From contig CAWIBL010000011.1 in NCBI GenBank assembly GCA_963834325.1, forward strand, positions 1,094,109 through 1,158,108: a DNA stretch of 64,000 nucleotides, written 5' to 3'. The DNA comes from an uncultured Acidobacteriota bacterium. GTDB lineage: Bacteria > Acidobacteriota > Vicinamibacteria > Vicinamibacterales > UBA2999. The notes below the pieces were generated by a model. That model saw only the letters and a list, made by a program, of their open reading frames with translations. It was not told where the DNA came from and ran no database searches. The translations under genes and the position numbers were made by a program. Below, piece after piece: positions 39,276 through 48,663 of the stretch (its first letter is position 1; each line of letters starts with the position of its first letter).

Positions 39276-39986
39276 TCAGTGGCGATCGAGCGGGCGGCGT
39301 TCCCGCAGCTGCCCGCGCAACTCGTCGGTCATCTCGTCGGCGAAATACACCTTCACGGTGTCGAAGACGCCGCCTTCCTCGTCGCGCCGCGTTCCCAGCC
39401 AGCCGTCGACGAACTCGCCGATGGTGCGGCGCGAGGCCTCGCGGGCGAGGGCCACCCGCCGCTCGTCGCGGGCCCGTTCCGCCAGGTCGCCGCTGAGGCT
39501 GCCGCGCAGCGCCTCGAGCTGCGCCTGCTTGTCGAAGCGGGCCCAGCCGCTCTCGGTCTTCTCGCGCCAGGTCGAGGTGTCGATGGCCACCGGCAGGCTC
39601 GGCTGCAGGCTCGGCGCCACGACCACCGTGGTCTGGCCCTGCGAGACGATGTCCCACGCCGGGTCGATGAGCGGCACGCCGTAGCGGTAGGTCGCCGCCA
39701 CCTGGATGTGCGAGACGGTGTTGCCGAGGTAGAGACCCCACCAGGTCTTGGCGTCCGACTTGTAGAAGTCTTCCCCCATGCGGATGGTGGCGGTTTCGAG
39801 CAGGCCGCCCGGCAGCGTCGCCACGACCGGCGGGTCGGCGCGCCACTCGGCCGTCCAGTTGTGCGGCGCCGGGGTGAGGGTGGTGCGTGGCAGAAAGCGG
39901 TAGATGGCCACGGCCGCCAGCGTCAGCACGACGGCGGCCACCAGCGCCAGTCCGGCCACGATCTTCGCAGGGCGACCCACAGCCAT
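39276..39986 (-). CDS. Membrane-anchored hypothetical protein, DUF4230-like
   Basis: 236-aa intact ORF with an N-terminal TM (IVAGLALVAAVVLTLAAVAIY). The family assignment is from memory only. Confidence 0.55.
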   Translation of the reverse strand: MAVGRPAKIVAGLALVAAVVLTLAAVAIYRFLPRTTLTPAPHNWTAEWRADPPVVATLPGGLLETATIRMGEDFYKSDAKTWWGLYLGNTVSHIQVAATYRYGVPLIDPAWDIVSQGQTTVVVAPSLQPSLPVAIDTSTWREKTESGWARFDKQAQLEALRGSLSGDLAERARDERRVALAREASRRTIGEFVDGWLGTRRDEEGGVFDTVKVYFADEMTDELRGQLRERRPLDRH

Positions 39987-40030
39987 CGCCGCCAGCGTAC
40001 CATGCGGCGCTGTCGCGCGCCGGCCGGCGC

Positions 40031-40952
40031 CTACTGGGCCACTTCGTCCTGCGCGGGGAAGCCGTGCTGCTTCCGCCCTTCGTCCCCCTCGTGCTCGGCC
40101 GTGGTCTTGTAGAGCTCGAAGCGGCCGTCGGCCGCGGGCTCACGCAGGCTTCGCTCGTAAGCCTTCCGCTCGGCCGGCGCCCATGGGCGAGAAGCCGCGG
40201 GCGATGCGCAGGTTCTGGCGCAGCACCTTCAGCGAGTCGATGCCCGACACCGTGGTGCACACCGGCAGGCTCATCGCGTAGCGCAGCGCCGCGGTCACCA
40301 CGGCGGCCTTCTTCTTGATGGCTCGGCCGTCGCCGCCCAGGCTCTTCATGCCGATGGCGGCGATGCCCTGCCGCGCCAGTTCGGGCAGGACCCGCGCCTG
40401 GAAGCTGCGGAAACCGGCATCGAACCCGTTCAGCGGCAGTTGACAGGCGTCGAAGGGGAAGCCGTGCGCGAGCATCGCCAGGTGGATGGCTGGATCCTTG
40501 TGCCCGGTGAATCCGACGTAGCGCACCTTGCCCTGCGCCTTGGCGCGCTCCAGCGCCTCGATCACCCCGCCCCGGGCGAAGTGCCGCTCGGGGTCGTTCT
40601 CGTAGACGCATTCGTGCACCTGCCACAGATCGAGATGGTCGGTCTGCAGGCGGCGCAGCGATTCCTCGAGCTGCCGCATGGCCACGCGGGCGTCGCGCCC
40701 GTGCGTGCACACCTTGGTCATCAGGAAAGCGGCGTCGCGCCGGTCGCGCAGGGCCCGGCCCATCCGCCGCTCGCTCTCGCCGTCGTGATACTCCCAGGCG
40801 TTGTCGAGGAAGGTGACGCCGGCGTCGAGGGCCGCGTGCACGATGCGCACGGCCTCGGTGACGGTCGGCGTCTTGCCCAGGTGGTAGCCGCCCAGCCCGA
40901 GGATGGAGACCTGGTCGGAATGGCGGCCGAACGGGCGGCGGGCGACGTCCAT
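40031..40952 (-). pseudogene. Aldo/keto reductase; one +1 break at ~40185
   Basis: ATG at 40952 (MDVARRPFGRHSDQVSILGLGGYHLG). The sequence contains FLDNAWEYHDGESE and DLWQVHE. After ARGFSPM, removing one base gives APAERKAYERSLREPAADGRFELYKTTAEHEGDEGRKQHGFPAQDEVAQ, with the stop at 40031-40033. Confidence 0.85.
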
Positions 40953-40969
40953 GGTGTGTCCCTGGGCCG

Positions 40970-41128
40970 TCACATCCGGCCCGTCATGACCATGATCAAC
41001 AGCACCACGAGCAGCAGCGTGAGACCGCCCGACGGTCCATAGCCCCAGCTCCGGCTGTGCGGCCAGGTGGGCAGCGCCCCGAGCAACAGCAACACGATGA
41101 TCACGAGCGCGATGGTGCCGATGGTCAT
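40970..41128 (-). CDS. Tiny membrane protein, DUF3309-like (52 aa); absent from the supplied ORF track
   Basis: I hand-translated it as MTIGTIALVIIVLLLLGALPTWPHSRSWGYGPSGGLTLLLVVLLIMVMTGRM. AGGGGA lies 6 nt upstream of the ATG at 41128. The core motif PTWP.SR.WGYGPSGG is characteristic. Confidence 0.7.
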   Translation of the reverse strand: MTIGTIALVIIVLLLLGALPTWPHSRSWGYGPSGGLTLLLVVLLIMVMTGRM

Positions 41129-41340
41129 GGTCGTTCCCCTGCCGCGCGCGCGCGCGGTGCCGTTGGTCCGCCCCGTGCGGACGAGTCGTCTGTTGCATCG
41201 GGCATGCCACGAGCGTGGCGGCGGTCAGGCCGGGTCGAGCGCACGTTTCAGGCGGCTGACGGCTCGTCAGCGCAGTCCTGACCGCGTTCCTCGGCAGCCT
41301 GCGACCCAACATGTGCAAGGCGCCGGACAGGGCGGCGTCG

Positions 41341-42180
41341 TCAGGGCTGCTTGGCGATGGTCAGGCCGTCGGCGCCGTGCTTGGCAATCAGGCTGGCGAG
41401 CAGGCCGGAGGTCTTGATCTCGTCGGCGAAGGCGGCCAGGTAGGCGGCCGCCGCCGCGCGCTCCTTGCGCACGCCCATGGCCTGCTGCACGGCGGTGAAG
41501 CCGCCGGCCAGCACCCGCGCCCCCGGAATCCCTTTGGCGTCTTCCAGCAGCCGCGGCCTCAGGCCGGCCAGGGCATCGAGGTTGGAGCGCATGAAGAGCT
41601 GGAGCGCGCCCTGCATGGTGTCGGCCTCGACGAGCGTGGCACGCTTCAAGGTGCGCTGCAGATAGAGCGTGTAGGCGGCGCGGGCGGTGGTGGCGATGCG
41701 GTAGCCGTCGCGGTCCAGGTCTTCGGCCGACCAGATTGCCGCGTTGCCCGGCAGCAGGTAGGTGGCCTCGATCTCCACGTAGGCGGGGGTGAAGGTGATG
41801 AGATCGGCACGGGCCGGCTCGGCCCCGATGAAGGCCACGTCCCACGCCTGGTCTTTGGCCCCGTCGGCGGCCAGGCCGGCATTCTCGTAACCCACGAACT
41901 CCACGGTGGCGCCGGCCCGCCGCGCCAGTTCGCGCGCCAGGTCGGGCGCCACGCCGGCGTGTTCGGGCGCCCGCGACGACACCAGCAGGAAATTGCTGTA
42001 GTTGAGCGCCGCCCGCAGCTTGCCGTTCGGCGCCAGCTCGGCCCGCACCGCGTCGGGCATCGCGGTCACGGCCTGCGCGCCTGCCGCCGCGTCGCGCGCC
42101 CGTGGCGAGGCGGCCACGGCCAGGATGAGGACGACGCCGACGACGAAACACCGCGACAGTGACGACGGAGCATGGGACAT
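41341..42180 (-). CDS. Periplasmic substrate-binding protein (family 3 / PBPb-like)
   Basis: ATG at 42180 (MSHAPSSLSRCFVVGVVLILAVAA). The sequence contains LRAALNYSNFLLV, GVAPDLARELARRAGATVEFV and WDVAFIGAEPARA. Confidence 0.7.
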   Translation of the reverse strand: MSHAPSSLSRCFVVGVVLILAVAASPRARDAAAGAQAVTAMPDAVRAELAPNGKLRAALNYSNFLLVSSRAPEHAGVAPDLARELARRAGATVEFVGYENAGLAADGAKDQAWDVAFIGAEPARADLITFTPAYVEIEATYLLPGNAAIWSAEDLDRDGYRIATTARAAYTLYLQRTLKRATLVEADTMQGALQLFMRSNLDALAGLRPRLLEDAKGIPGARVLAGGFTAVQQAMGVRKERAAAAAYLAAFADEIKTSGLLASLIAKHGADGLTIAKQP

Positions 42181-42314
42181 GGGGCCTCGGTTGGACAGCG
42201 CACGCGACGGCAGGATACCGCGCTTCACGACCGGCGGCGGGGTTCTTCGTCGCTTGCCGATCTAGAAGGCAGACCCGCGGACTGAAAGGGCAGCCCCTCG
42301 GAGGACGACACGCC

Positions 42315-43961
42315 ATGAGAGACACAGTTTCGGCCGTCATCGCGGCGTTGGCACTGGCAGCCACCGCGGCTGGCGCCGCCGGCCAGGTGCCGGCCGCCCC
42401 ACCGGCCCCACACGATCACGGGACGCCCCCCGCCCAGGTGGGGGCGGTGCACTTCGCCACCTCGTGCGCCCCGGCCGCGCAGGCCACCTTCGACCGCGGC
42501 GTGGCGCTGCTGCACTCGTTCTGGTTCTCGGCCGCCGTGGAGAACTTCAACGAGGTGCTGAAGGCCGATCCGGCCTGCGTGATGGCCCGCTGGGGCATCG
42601 CCATGAGCTGGTGGAGCAACCCCTTTGCCGGCTTCCGCTCGCCCCAGGCGCTGGCCGCCGGCCTGGCCGCCGTGGACGCGGCCCGCGCCAGCGGCGCCGG
42701 CACCGACCGCGAGAAGGCCTATGTGGAGGCGGTGGAGCAGCTCTTCCGCGACCCTGGAACCCGCGATCAGCGCACCCGGATTGTCGCCTACGAGAAGGCG
42801 ATGGAGGCTCTGGCCGCTCGATTCCCCGACGACATCGAGGCGCGCATCTTCTACGCGCTGGCCTTGGCCCAGGCGGCGCTGCCGACCGACAAGACCTACG
42901 CCAATCAGTTGAAGGCCGCCGCCCTCCTCGAGGAAGAGTTCGCGCGGCAGCCCGAGCATCCCGGGCTGGCCCACTACATCATCCACAGCTTCGATGTGCC
43001 GCCGCTGGCGCCGCGGGCCCTCACGGCCGCGCGCCGCTACGCCGCCATCGCGCCCGACGCGCCGCACGCGCTCCACATGCCGTCGCACACCTTCACGCGG
43101 CTCGGCCTTTGGGAGGACTCGATTGCCACCAACCTGAAGTCGGCGGCCGCGGCCCACCGGGATCCAGGCGCGGCGGCGGAAGAACTCCACGCGCTCGACT
43201 ACCAGATCTACGCCTACCTGCAGACGGCGCAGGACTCGGCCGCCAGCCGCACGCTGCCGCTGGTCGCGCCACTGGCCGCGCGGATTGCCAGTGCCGGCGC
43301 CGGCAACGCCGCGCCACCCACGGCCGGCTACTACGCCGCGGCGGCCATGCCCGCCCGCTACGCCCTCGAGCGCGCGGCCTGGGCCGATGCCGCCGCGCTC
43401 ACCCCGATCGAGTCGCCGTTTGCCTACGCCACCGCCGTCACCCACTTCGCCCGCGCGCTCGGCGCCGCCCGCAGCGGCCAGGCCGAGGCGGCGGCCCGCG
43501 ACGTCGCCCGCCTGGCGGCGCTGCGCGACACGCTGAAGGCGGCCAACGACGCCTACTGGACCGAGCAGGTGGAGATCCAGCGGCTGGGCGCGAGCGCCTG
43601 GGTGGCGCTGGCCGCCGGTCGGCAGGCCGAGGCGCTGGCGCTGATGCGTGAAGCCGCCACGCGCGAAGACGCCACCGAGAAGGCGGCGCTCACGCCCGGC
43701 CCGATCAAGCCAGCGCGCGAGCTGCTCGGCGAGATGCTGCTGCAGGTGCAACAGCCGGCCGAAGCCCTGGCCGCCTTCGAGGCGACCTTGACCAAGGAGC
43801 CGAACCGCTTCCGCGCCGTCTACGGCGCCGCCAGCGCGGCCCGGGCCGCCGGCCAGGGACCAGCGGCAGCCGACTACCTGGCGCAGCTGGCGCGGATCAC
43901 CAAGAGCGGCGACCAGCCGGGCCGCGCTGAACTCCGCGAGGCCCGGGCGGCGGCGCGCTGA
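42315..43961 (+). CDS. Secreted helical-repeat (TPR-like) protein of unknown function with conserved His motifs
   Basis: ATG at 42315 (MRDTVSAVIAALALAATAAGAAG). The sequence contains HSFWF, AHYIIHSFD and HALHMPSHTFTRLGLW. The C-terminal half is Ala-rich and helical. Confidence 0.6.
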   Translation: MRDTVSAVIAALALAATAAGAAGQVPAAPPAPHDHGTPPAQVGAVHFATSCAPAAQATFDRGVALLHSFWFSAAVENFNEVLKADPACVMARWGIAMSWWSNPFAGFRSPQALAAGLAAVDAARASGAGTDREKAYVEAVEQLFRDPGTRDQRTRIVAYEKAMEALAARFPDDIEARIFYALALAQAALPTDKTYANQLKAAALLEEEFARQPEHPGLAHYIIHSFDVPPLAPRALTAARRYAAIAPDAPHALHMPSHTFTRLGLWEDSIATNLKSAAAAHRDPGAAAEELHALDYQIYAYLQTAQDSAASRTLPLVAPLAARIASAGAGNAAPPTAGYYAAAAMPARYALERAAWADAAALTPIESPFAYATAVTHFARALGAARSGQAEAAARDVARLAALRDTLKAANDAYWTEQVEIQRLGASAWVALAAGRQAEALALMREAATREDATEKAALTPGPIKPARELLGEMLLQVQQPAEALAAFEATLTKEPNRFRAVYGAASAARAAGQGPAAADYLAQLARITKSGDQPGRAELREARAAAR

Positions 43962-44039
43962 GCGCTCGACGTCGCGCCGTGGCGTCGACCGGCCCGGTCC
44001 GCTGGAAGCGCGCTGGCCGCTCGCCGCCGGCCGCGTCCG

Positions 44040-45869
44040 TTAGAAGCCCGCGGGCCGCTGGCGCGCCACGTCGAGCGCCTGTTCCATGGCCACGCCGACC
44101 CGGCCGATGGTGCCTTCGTCGAACAGGCGCCCGATCAGGGTGACGCCGTGCGGCACGCGCCGCGGCGGATCGAACGTGGGCAGCGGGTGCGCCGGGTCGG
44201 GCGCCCAGTCGCTGCGCGCCTGCGCGACCGTCACGAAGCCGGCGCGCAGGGTCAGCGACGGGTGCCCGGTGAAGTTGCCGATGGTCAGCATCTCGTCGCG
44301 CAGCGACGGCACGAGCAGGACATCGACGTCGGCAAAGAGGCGCGCCATCTCGCCGGCGACCTTGCGGCGCAGGCGGTCGGCCTGCACGAAGTCGACGGCC
44401 GAGAGGAAGCGCGACATGCGGAAGAGGTTCGGCCAGGCGTCCGGGACCTGCACCTTCAGCTGGTCCACGCCGTGCGACAGCGTGAGCTCTTCGAAGGCGG
44501 CCGCGGCCTCGCTGAAGAGGATCGTGCTGCAGCGACCCGTAGGGCCAGTCGGGCAGCGTCACTTCGACCGGCGTCAGGCCGAGCCTCTCGACGAGGTCGA
44601 GCGCGGCGCGGTCCACGTCGGTGGCCGGGTGGCGCCGTCATCCACGCGGGAAAGAAGCCGACCCGCAGCCCCTGCACGCGGCGCGGTGGCATCGACGTCC
44701 AGGAAGCACGGCACGCTCGACACGTCGCCGGCGTCGGGCCCGCTGATGGCCTGGAGCACGAGCATCGCGTCCTCGACGCCGCGCGTCATCGGCCCGAGCT
44801 TGTCGAGCGACCAGCACAGCGTCATCGCCCCGGTGCGCGGCACGCGGCCGAAGGTGGGCCGCAGGCCGGTGACGCCGCAGCGCATCGCCGGCGCGATGAT
44901 GCTGCCGCCGGTCTCGCTGCCGATCGAGAAGCCGACCAGGGCCGCGGCAGTCGCCGCGCCCGGTCCGGCGCTCGACCCCGACGCGCCTTCCTCGAGCAGC
45001 CACGGGTTCATCGTCTGCCCGCCAAACCAGATGTCGTTCAGCGCCAGCGCGCCCAGGCTCAGCTTGGCGACGAGCACCGCGCCGGCCTCGGTGAGCCGCC
45101 GCACCACCACCGAGTCGGCCGCCGGCACGCGGGTGCGGAACGGCTCGGCCCCGTAGGTGGTGGCGATGCCGGCCGTGTCGAGCAGGTCCTTCACGCCGTA
45201 GGGGATGCCGTGCAGCGGTCCACGGTAGCGCCCGGCCGCGATCTCCGCGTCGGCCTGCGCCGCCTGGCGCAGCGCCAGCTCCCTGGTCGTGGTGATGACG
45301 CTCCGCAGCTGTCCGTCGAACGCGTCGATGCGGGCCAGATAGATCTGCGTGAGCCGCGTGGAGGTGAGCTGCCGCGCTTCGATCCAGCGCGCCAGCTGCG
45401 TGACCGGCGCAAAGGCGATGTCGGCGTCGGCCGCCGGCAGCGGCGTGGCGGCGGCGCCGGTGCCGGTGCGCACGAACCGGTCGCGCGCGGCCACGGGACG
45501 CGGGTCGAGGCGGCTCGGCGTCCACACCGTGGCCGGGGCCACCGTGTCGTCGAGCGCCACCGCGCGCGGCCCGGTGCGGCGCTCGAGCAGCGGCGCCAGC
45601 GACCGCGGCCACGCCGCCGCGGCCAGCTCGCGTTCGGCCGGCCGCATGGTGATCTGCGCGAGCTTCTCCGCTTCGGCGAACGTGGCCGCCGAAACCGGCG
45701 GCCCGGTGACCGGGCCGGCGCCGAAGGTCGGGGGCGCGCCGGGCGCGGGCGCGCCAGCCGCCGGCGCCGTCGTGGCAGCAGGCGCCGGGGGCAAGGGGTC
45801 GCGACACGCGGCGGTGGCCGCCATCAGGCCCATGGGCGCGGTGATCAGGAACTGGCGGCGGGTGTTCAT
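44040..45869 (-). pseudogene. Amidase-signature (GatA-like) amidase with a Tat signal; three +1 breaks (~44690, ~44630, ~44520)
   Basis: It starts MNTRRQFLITAPMGLMAATAAC and contains GIPYGVKDLLDTAG and GSETGGSIIAPAMRCGVTGLRPTFGRV. The C-terminus continues through frames 2,1,0,2 to ..GRLFDEGTIGRVGVAMEQAL. Confidence 0.85.
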
Positions 45870-45910
45870 GGCGTGGGTGGCCCAGGGTATACCATGCTCG
45901 CCGAGCCTCG

Positions 45911-46870
45911 ATGACGACGACGCCCTCCGTATCCTCCGTGCGCGCGGCCGTGGTCCAGGCCAGCGCGGTGCCCTTCGACAGCGACGCCTGCGTGGACAAG
46001 GCGGTGCGCCTCATCGGCGAGGCCGCGGCGCAGGGCGCGCGCGTGGTCGTGTTCCCCGAGGCGTTCGTCGGCGGTTATCCCAAGGGCCTCGACTTCGGGC
46101 TGGTGATCGGCGCGCGTGATCCGGCGGGGCGCGAGGAATTCCGCCGTTACCTCGACGCCGCCATCGCCGTGCCCGGACCGCAGACAGCGCGGCTCGGCGA
46201 AGCGGCCGCGGCCCACGGCTGCCACGTGGTCATCGGGGTCATCGAACGCGACGGCGGCACCTGCTATTGCACCGTCCTCTTCTTCGGGCCCGACGGCGCG
46301 TATCTCGGCAAACACCGCAAGCTCATGCCGACGGCGCTCGAGCGGATGATCTGGGGCTTCGGCGACGGCTCCACGCTGACCGCCGTCGACAGCCCTTACG
46401 GCCGCATCGGCGCGGTGATCTGCTGGGAGAACTACATGCCCATGCTGCGCATGGCCATGTATGCCAAGCAGGTCGCGCTCTACTGCGCGCCGACCGCCGA
46501 CGACCGCGACACCTGGCTGCCGTCGATGCGTCACGTCGCGCTCGAGGGCCGCTGTTTCGTGCTCACCGCCTGCCAGGTGCTGCGCAAGGACGAGTTCCCG
46601 CCCGACGTGCGCGTGGGGCTCGGCGACACCCCCGACGCGCTGCTGATGCGCGGCGGCAGCGCCATCATCAGCCCGCTCGGCGCGGTGCTGGCCGGGCCGG
46701 AGTTCGGCGGCGAGGCCATCCTCACCGCGGACCTGGACCTGCACGAGATCGGCCGCGGCAAGTTCGACTTCGACGTCGTCGGCCACTACGCGCGGCCCGA
46801 CGTGTTCCAGTTGACGGTGAACGAAGCGGCCATGGCGCCGGTGGCGGTGAAGACCGAGCCGCCCCGGTAG
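45911..46870 (+). CDS. Nitrilase / CN-hydrolase family enzyme
   Basis: 319-aa intact ORF. The E-K-C triad contexts are VVFPEAF, HRKLMPT and VICWENYMP. Confidence 0.9.
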   Translation: MTTTPSVSSVRAAVVQASAVPFDSDACVDKAVRLIGEAAAQGARVVVFPEAFVGGYPKGLDFGLVIGARDPAGREEFRRYLDAAIAVPGPQTARLGEAAAAHGCHVVIGVIERDGGTCYCTVLFFGPDGAYLGKHRKLMPTALERMIWGFGDGSTLTAVDSPYGRIGAVICWENYMPMLRMAMYAKQVALYCAPTADDRDTWLPSMRHVALEGRCFVLTACQVLRKDEFPPDVRVGLGDTPDALLMRGGSAIISPLGAVLAGPEFGGEAILTADLDLHEIGRGKFDFDVVGHYARPDVFQLTVNEAAMAPVAVKTEPPR

Positions 46871-46920
46871 GGCGAAGATGCACGCCGGGTGGCCCCATGA
46901 CGCACCAGGGAGAAGAGCGG

Positions 46921-47874
46921 ATGCGCACGAATCGCCGGCCCGGTCGAATCGCCTTTGCGGCCCTGGCCCTGGTGGCCGGCCTGGCCGGCGGCCGCCCGGC
47001 GGCGCAAGCCGACGCGGGCGGCATGAGGGCCCGCATCGAGGCCGCGCTCGATGCCGACGTCAGCCAAGTGTTGACGTCGTGGCGCCTGCCCGAGGCGGCG
47101 AAGGCCGGCGGGCGGCCGGTGACGCCGCGCTCGCTCCTCAGTCACACCTCCGGCGCCGACGACGGCTTCGGCTTCCCCGGCTACGATCCAGCCGCGCCGC
47201 GGCCCACCCTGGCGCAGATCCTGGACGGTCAGGCGCCGTCGAACGTGGGCCCGGTGCGCTTTGCCCGTCCGCCGTTCAGCGGCTACAAGTACTCCGGCGG
47301 CGGCGTCACCCTGATGCAACTGGCCCTGGCCGACCTCACCGGCCAGCCCTTTGCCGCATTCATGCAGGCCACGGTGCTCGGGCCGCTGAAGATGACCAGC
47401 AGTTCCTTCGTGCAGCCGCCTCCGCCCGAGACGGCCGCGCAACTGGCGCGGGCCCACGACTCGCAGGGCCGGACCATGAACACCGCCTGGCACGTCTATC
47501 CGGAACAGGCGGCGGCCGGGCTGTGGACGACGCCCTCCGACCTGGCGCGCTTCGTCATCGAGGTGCAGCGCGCCGTGCGCGGCCCTGCCGGGGCGGTGCT
47601 GTCGCAGGCCTCGGCCCGCGAGATGACCGCGCCGGTCGGCGTGGGCCCGTATGCCGTCGGCCTCGCCGTGGACATGCGCGGCGAGGGGTGGTATTTCTCG
47701 CACGGCGGCTCCAACTGGGGCTTCCAGGCCGACCTCGTCGGCCACGTTCGCAAGGGCTACGGCGTGGCCGTCATGACCAACGGCGATCGCGGCCGCGCCC
47801 TCATCACCGAGATCGAAGGGCGGGTGGCCGCCGCCTACGGCTGGGACACGCTCGACAAGCCGCTGGTGCGCTGA
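46921..47874 (+). CDS. Beta-lactamase-fold serine-hydrolase homolog lacking the SxxK segment
   Basis: ATG at 46921 (MRTNRRPGRIAFAALALVAGLAGG). The sequence runs straight from the signal into LDADVSQVLTSWRLPE..LLSHTSG. In family members this region lies after the SxxK helix. YSGGG and HGGSNWGF are retained. Confidence 0.7.
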   Translation: MRTNRRPGRIAFAALALVAGLAGGRPAAQADAGGMRARIEAALDADVSQVLTSWRLPEAAKAGGRPVTPRSLLSHTSGADDGFGFPGYDPAAPRPTLAQILDGQAPSNVGPVRFARPPFSGYKYSGGGVTLMQLALADLTGQPFAAFMQATVLGPLKMTSSSFVQPPPPETAAQLARAHDSQGRTMNTAWHVYPEQAAAGLWTTPSDLARFVIEVQRAVRGPAGAVLSQASAREMTAPVGVGPYAVGLAVDMRGEGWYFSHGGSNWGFQADLVGHVRKGYGVAVMTNGDRGRALITEIEGRVAAAYGWDTLDKPLVR

Positions 47875-47935
47875 CCACCGTCCGGCCCCGGGCCTCCGCA
47901 CCGCACACTACGTCAGTCCGACGAGGGACCCGCGC

Positions 47936-48568
47936 ATGAGCAGACGTCTTCGCTATCAGGTCGCCGCCAGCCTCGACGGCTTCATCGCCCGCGTCGACGG
48001 CGGTTACGACTGGATCGTCATGGACCCGGACATCGACTTCGCCGCGCTCTACAAAGAGTTCGATGTCGCCGTCATGGGCCGCAAGACCCACGAGGTGATG
48101 CGGGCGATGGGCGACAGCGGGCTGACGAGTTTGGAGACGATCGTGTTCTCGCGCCAGACGGCCCCTTCCGCGGTCCCCGGCTTGCGCATCACCAACGAGG
48201 ACCCGGCCACGGTGGTGGCCGGCCTCAAGGCGGCGCCGGGCCGGGACATCTGGCTCTACGGCGGCGGCGAGCTCTTCCGGACGCTGCTCCTGGCCGGTCT
48301 GGTCGATACCGTCGAAGTGGCAGTGATTCCTGTGCTGCTGGGCGAGGGCATCCCCCTCCTGCCGCCGGGCGCGAGCACCACGCTGGTCTTGAGCGACGTG
48401 AGGACGCTGCCCGAAAGCGGCATCGTGGTGCTGGCCTACGCCCTGCCGGGCGGCGTGGGCCCGGCCCCGGCCATCCACTTCCTGAAAGCGTCCGCGAAGC
48501 GAACGACCAAGCCGATGCGGGGCCGCGGCAGCCCCTCTCCCCGGGCGCGGGGCCGGGCCCGCCGGTGA
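47936..48568 (+). CDS. Dihydrofolate-reductase-like (RibD C-terminal domain) family protein
   Basis: The sequence begins MSRRLRYQVAASLDGFIARVDGGYDWIV and contains VMGRKTHE and IWLYGGGELFRTLL. The C-terminal ~35 aa are basic and low-complexity. Confidence 0.8.
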   Translation: MSRRLRYQVAASLDGFIARVDGGYDWIVMDPDIDFAALYKEFDVAVMGRKTHEVMRAMGDSGLTSLETIVFSRQTAPSAVPGLRITNEDPATVVAGLKAAPGRDIWLYGGGELFRTLLLAGLVDTVEVAVIPVLLGEGIPLLPPGASTTLVLSDVRTLPESGIVVLAYALPGGVGPAPAIHFLKASAKRTTKPMRGRGSPSPRARGRARR

Positions 48569-48644
48569 GCCGCCACTGCCGTCGTGGCCGCTGACGCCCT
48601 GGCGGCTTTCGGCTTGACCGGCGGCCGCGATGCGCGCAGACTCC

Positions 48645-48658
48645 TGAATCTGGATTCA
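48645..48658. promoter_or_regulatory. 14-bp palindrome TGAATCTGGATTCA, candidate TetR operator
   Basis: It is a perfect 6-2-6 inverted repeat ending 5 nt before the TetR ATG at 48664. A possible promoter, TTGACC (48614-48619) N17 CAGACT, lies just upstream. Confidence 0.4.
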
Positions 48659-48663
48659 TCTTC

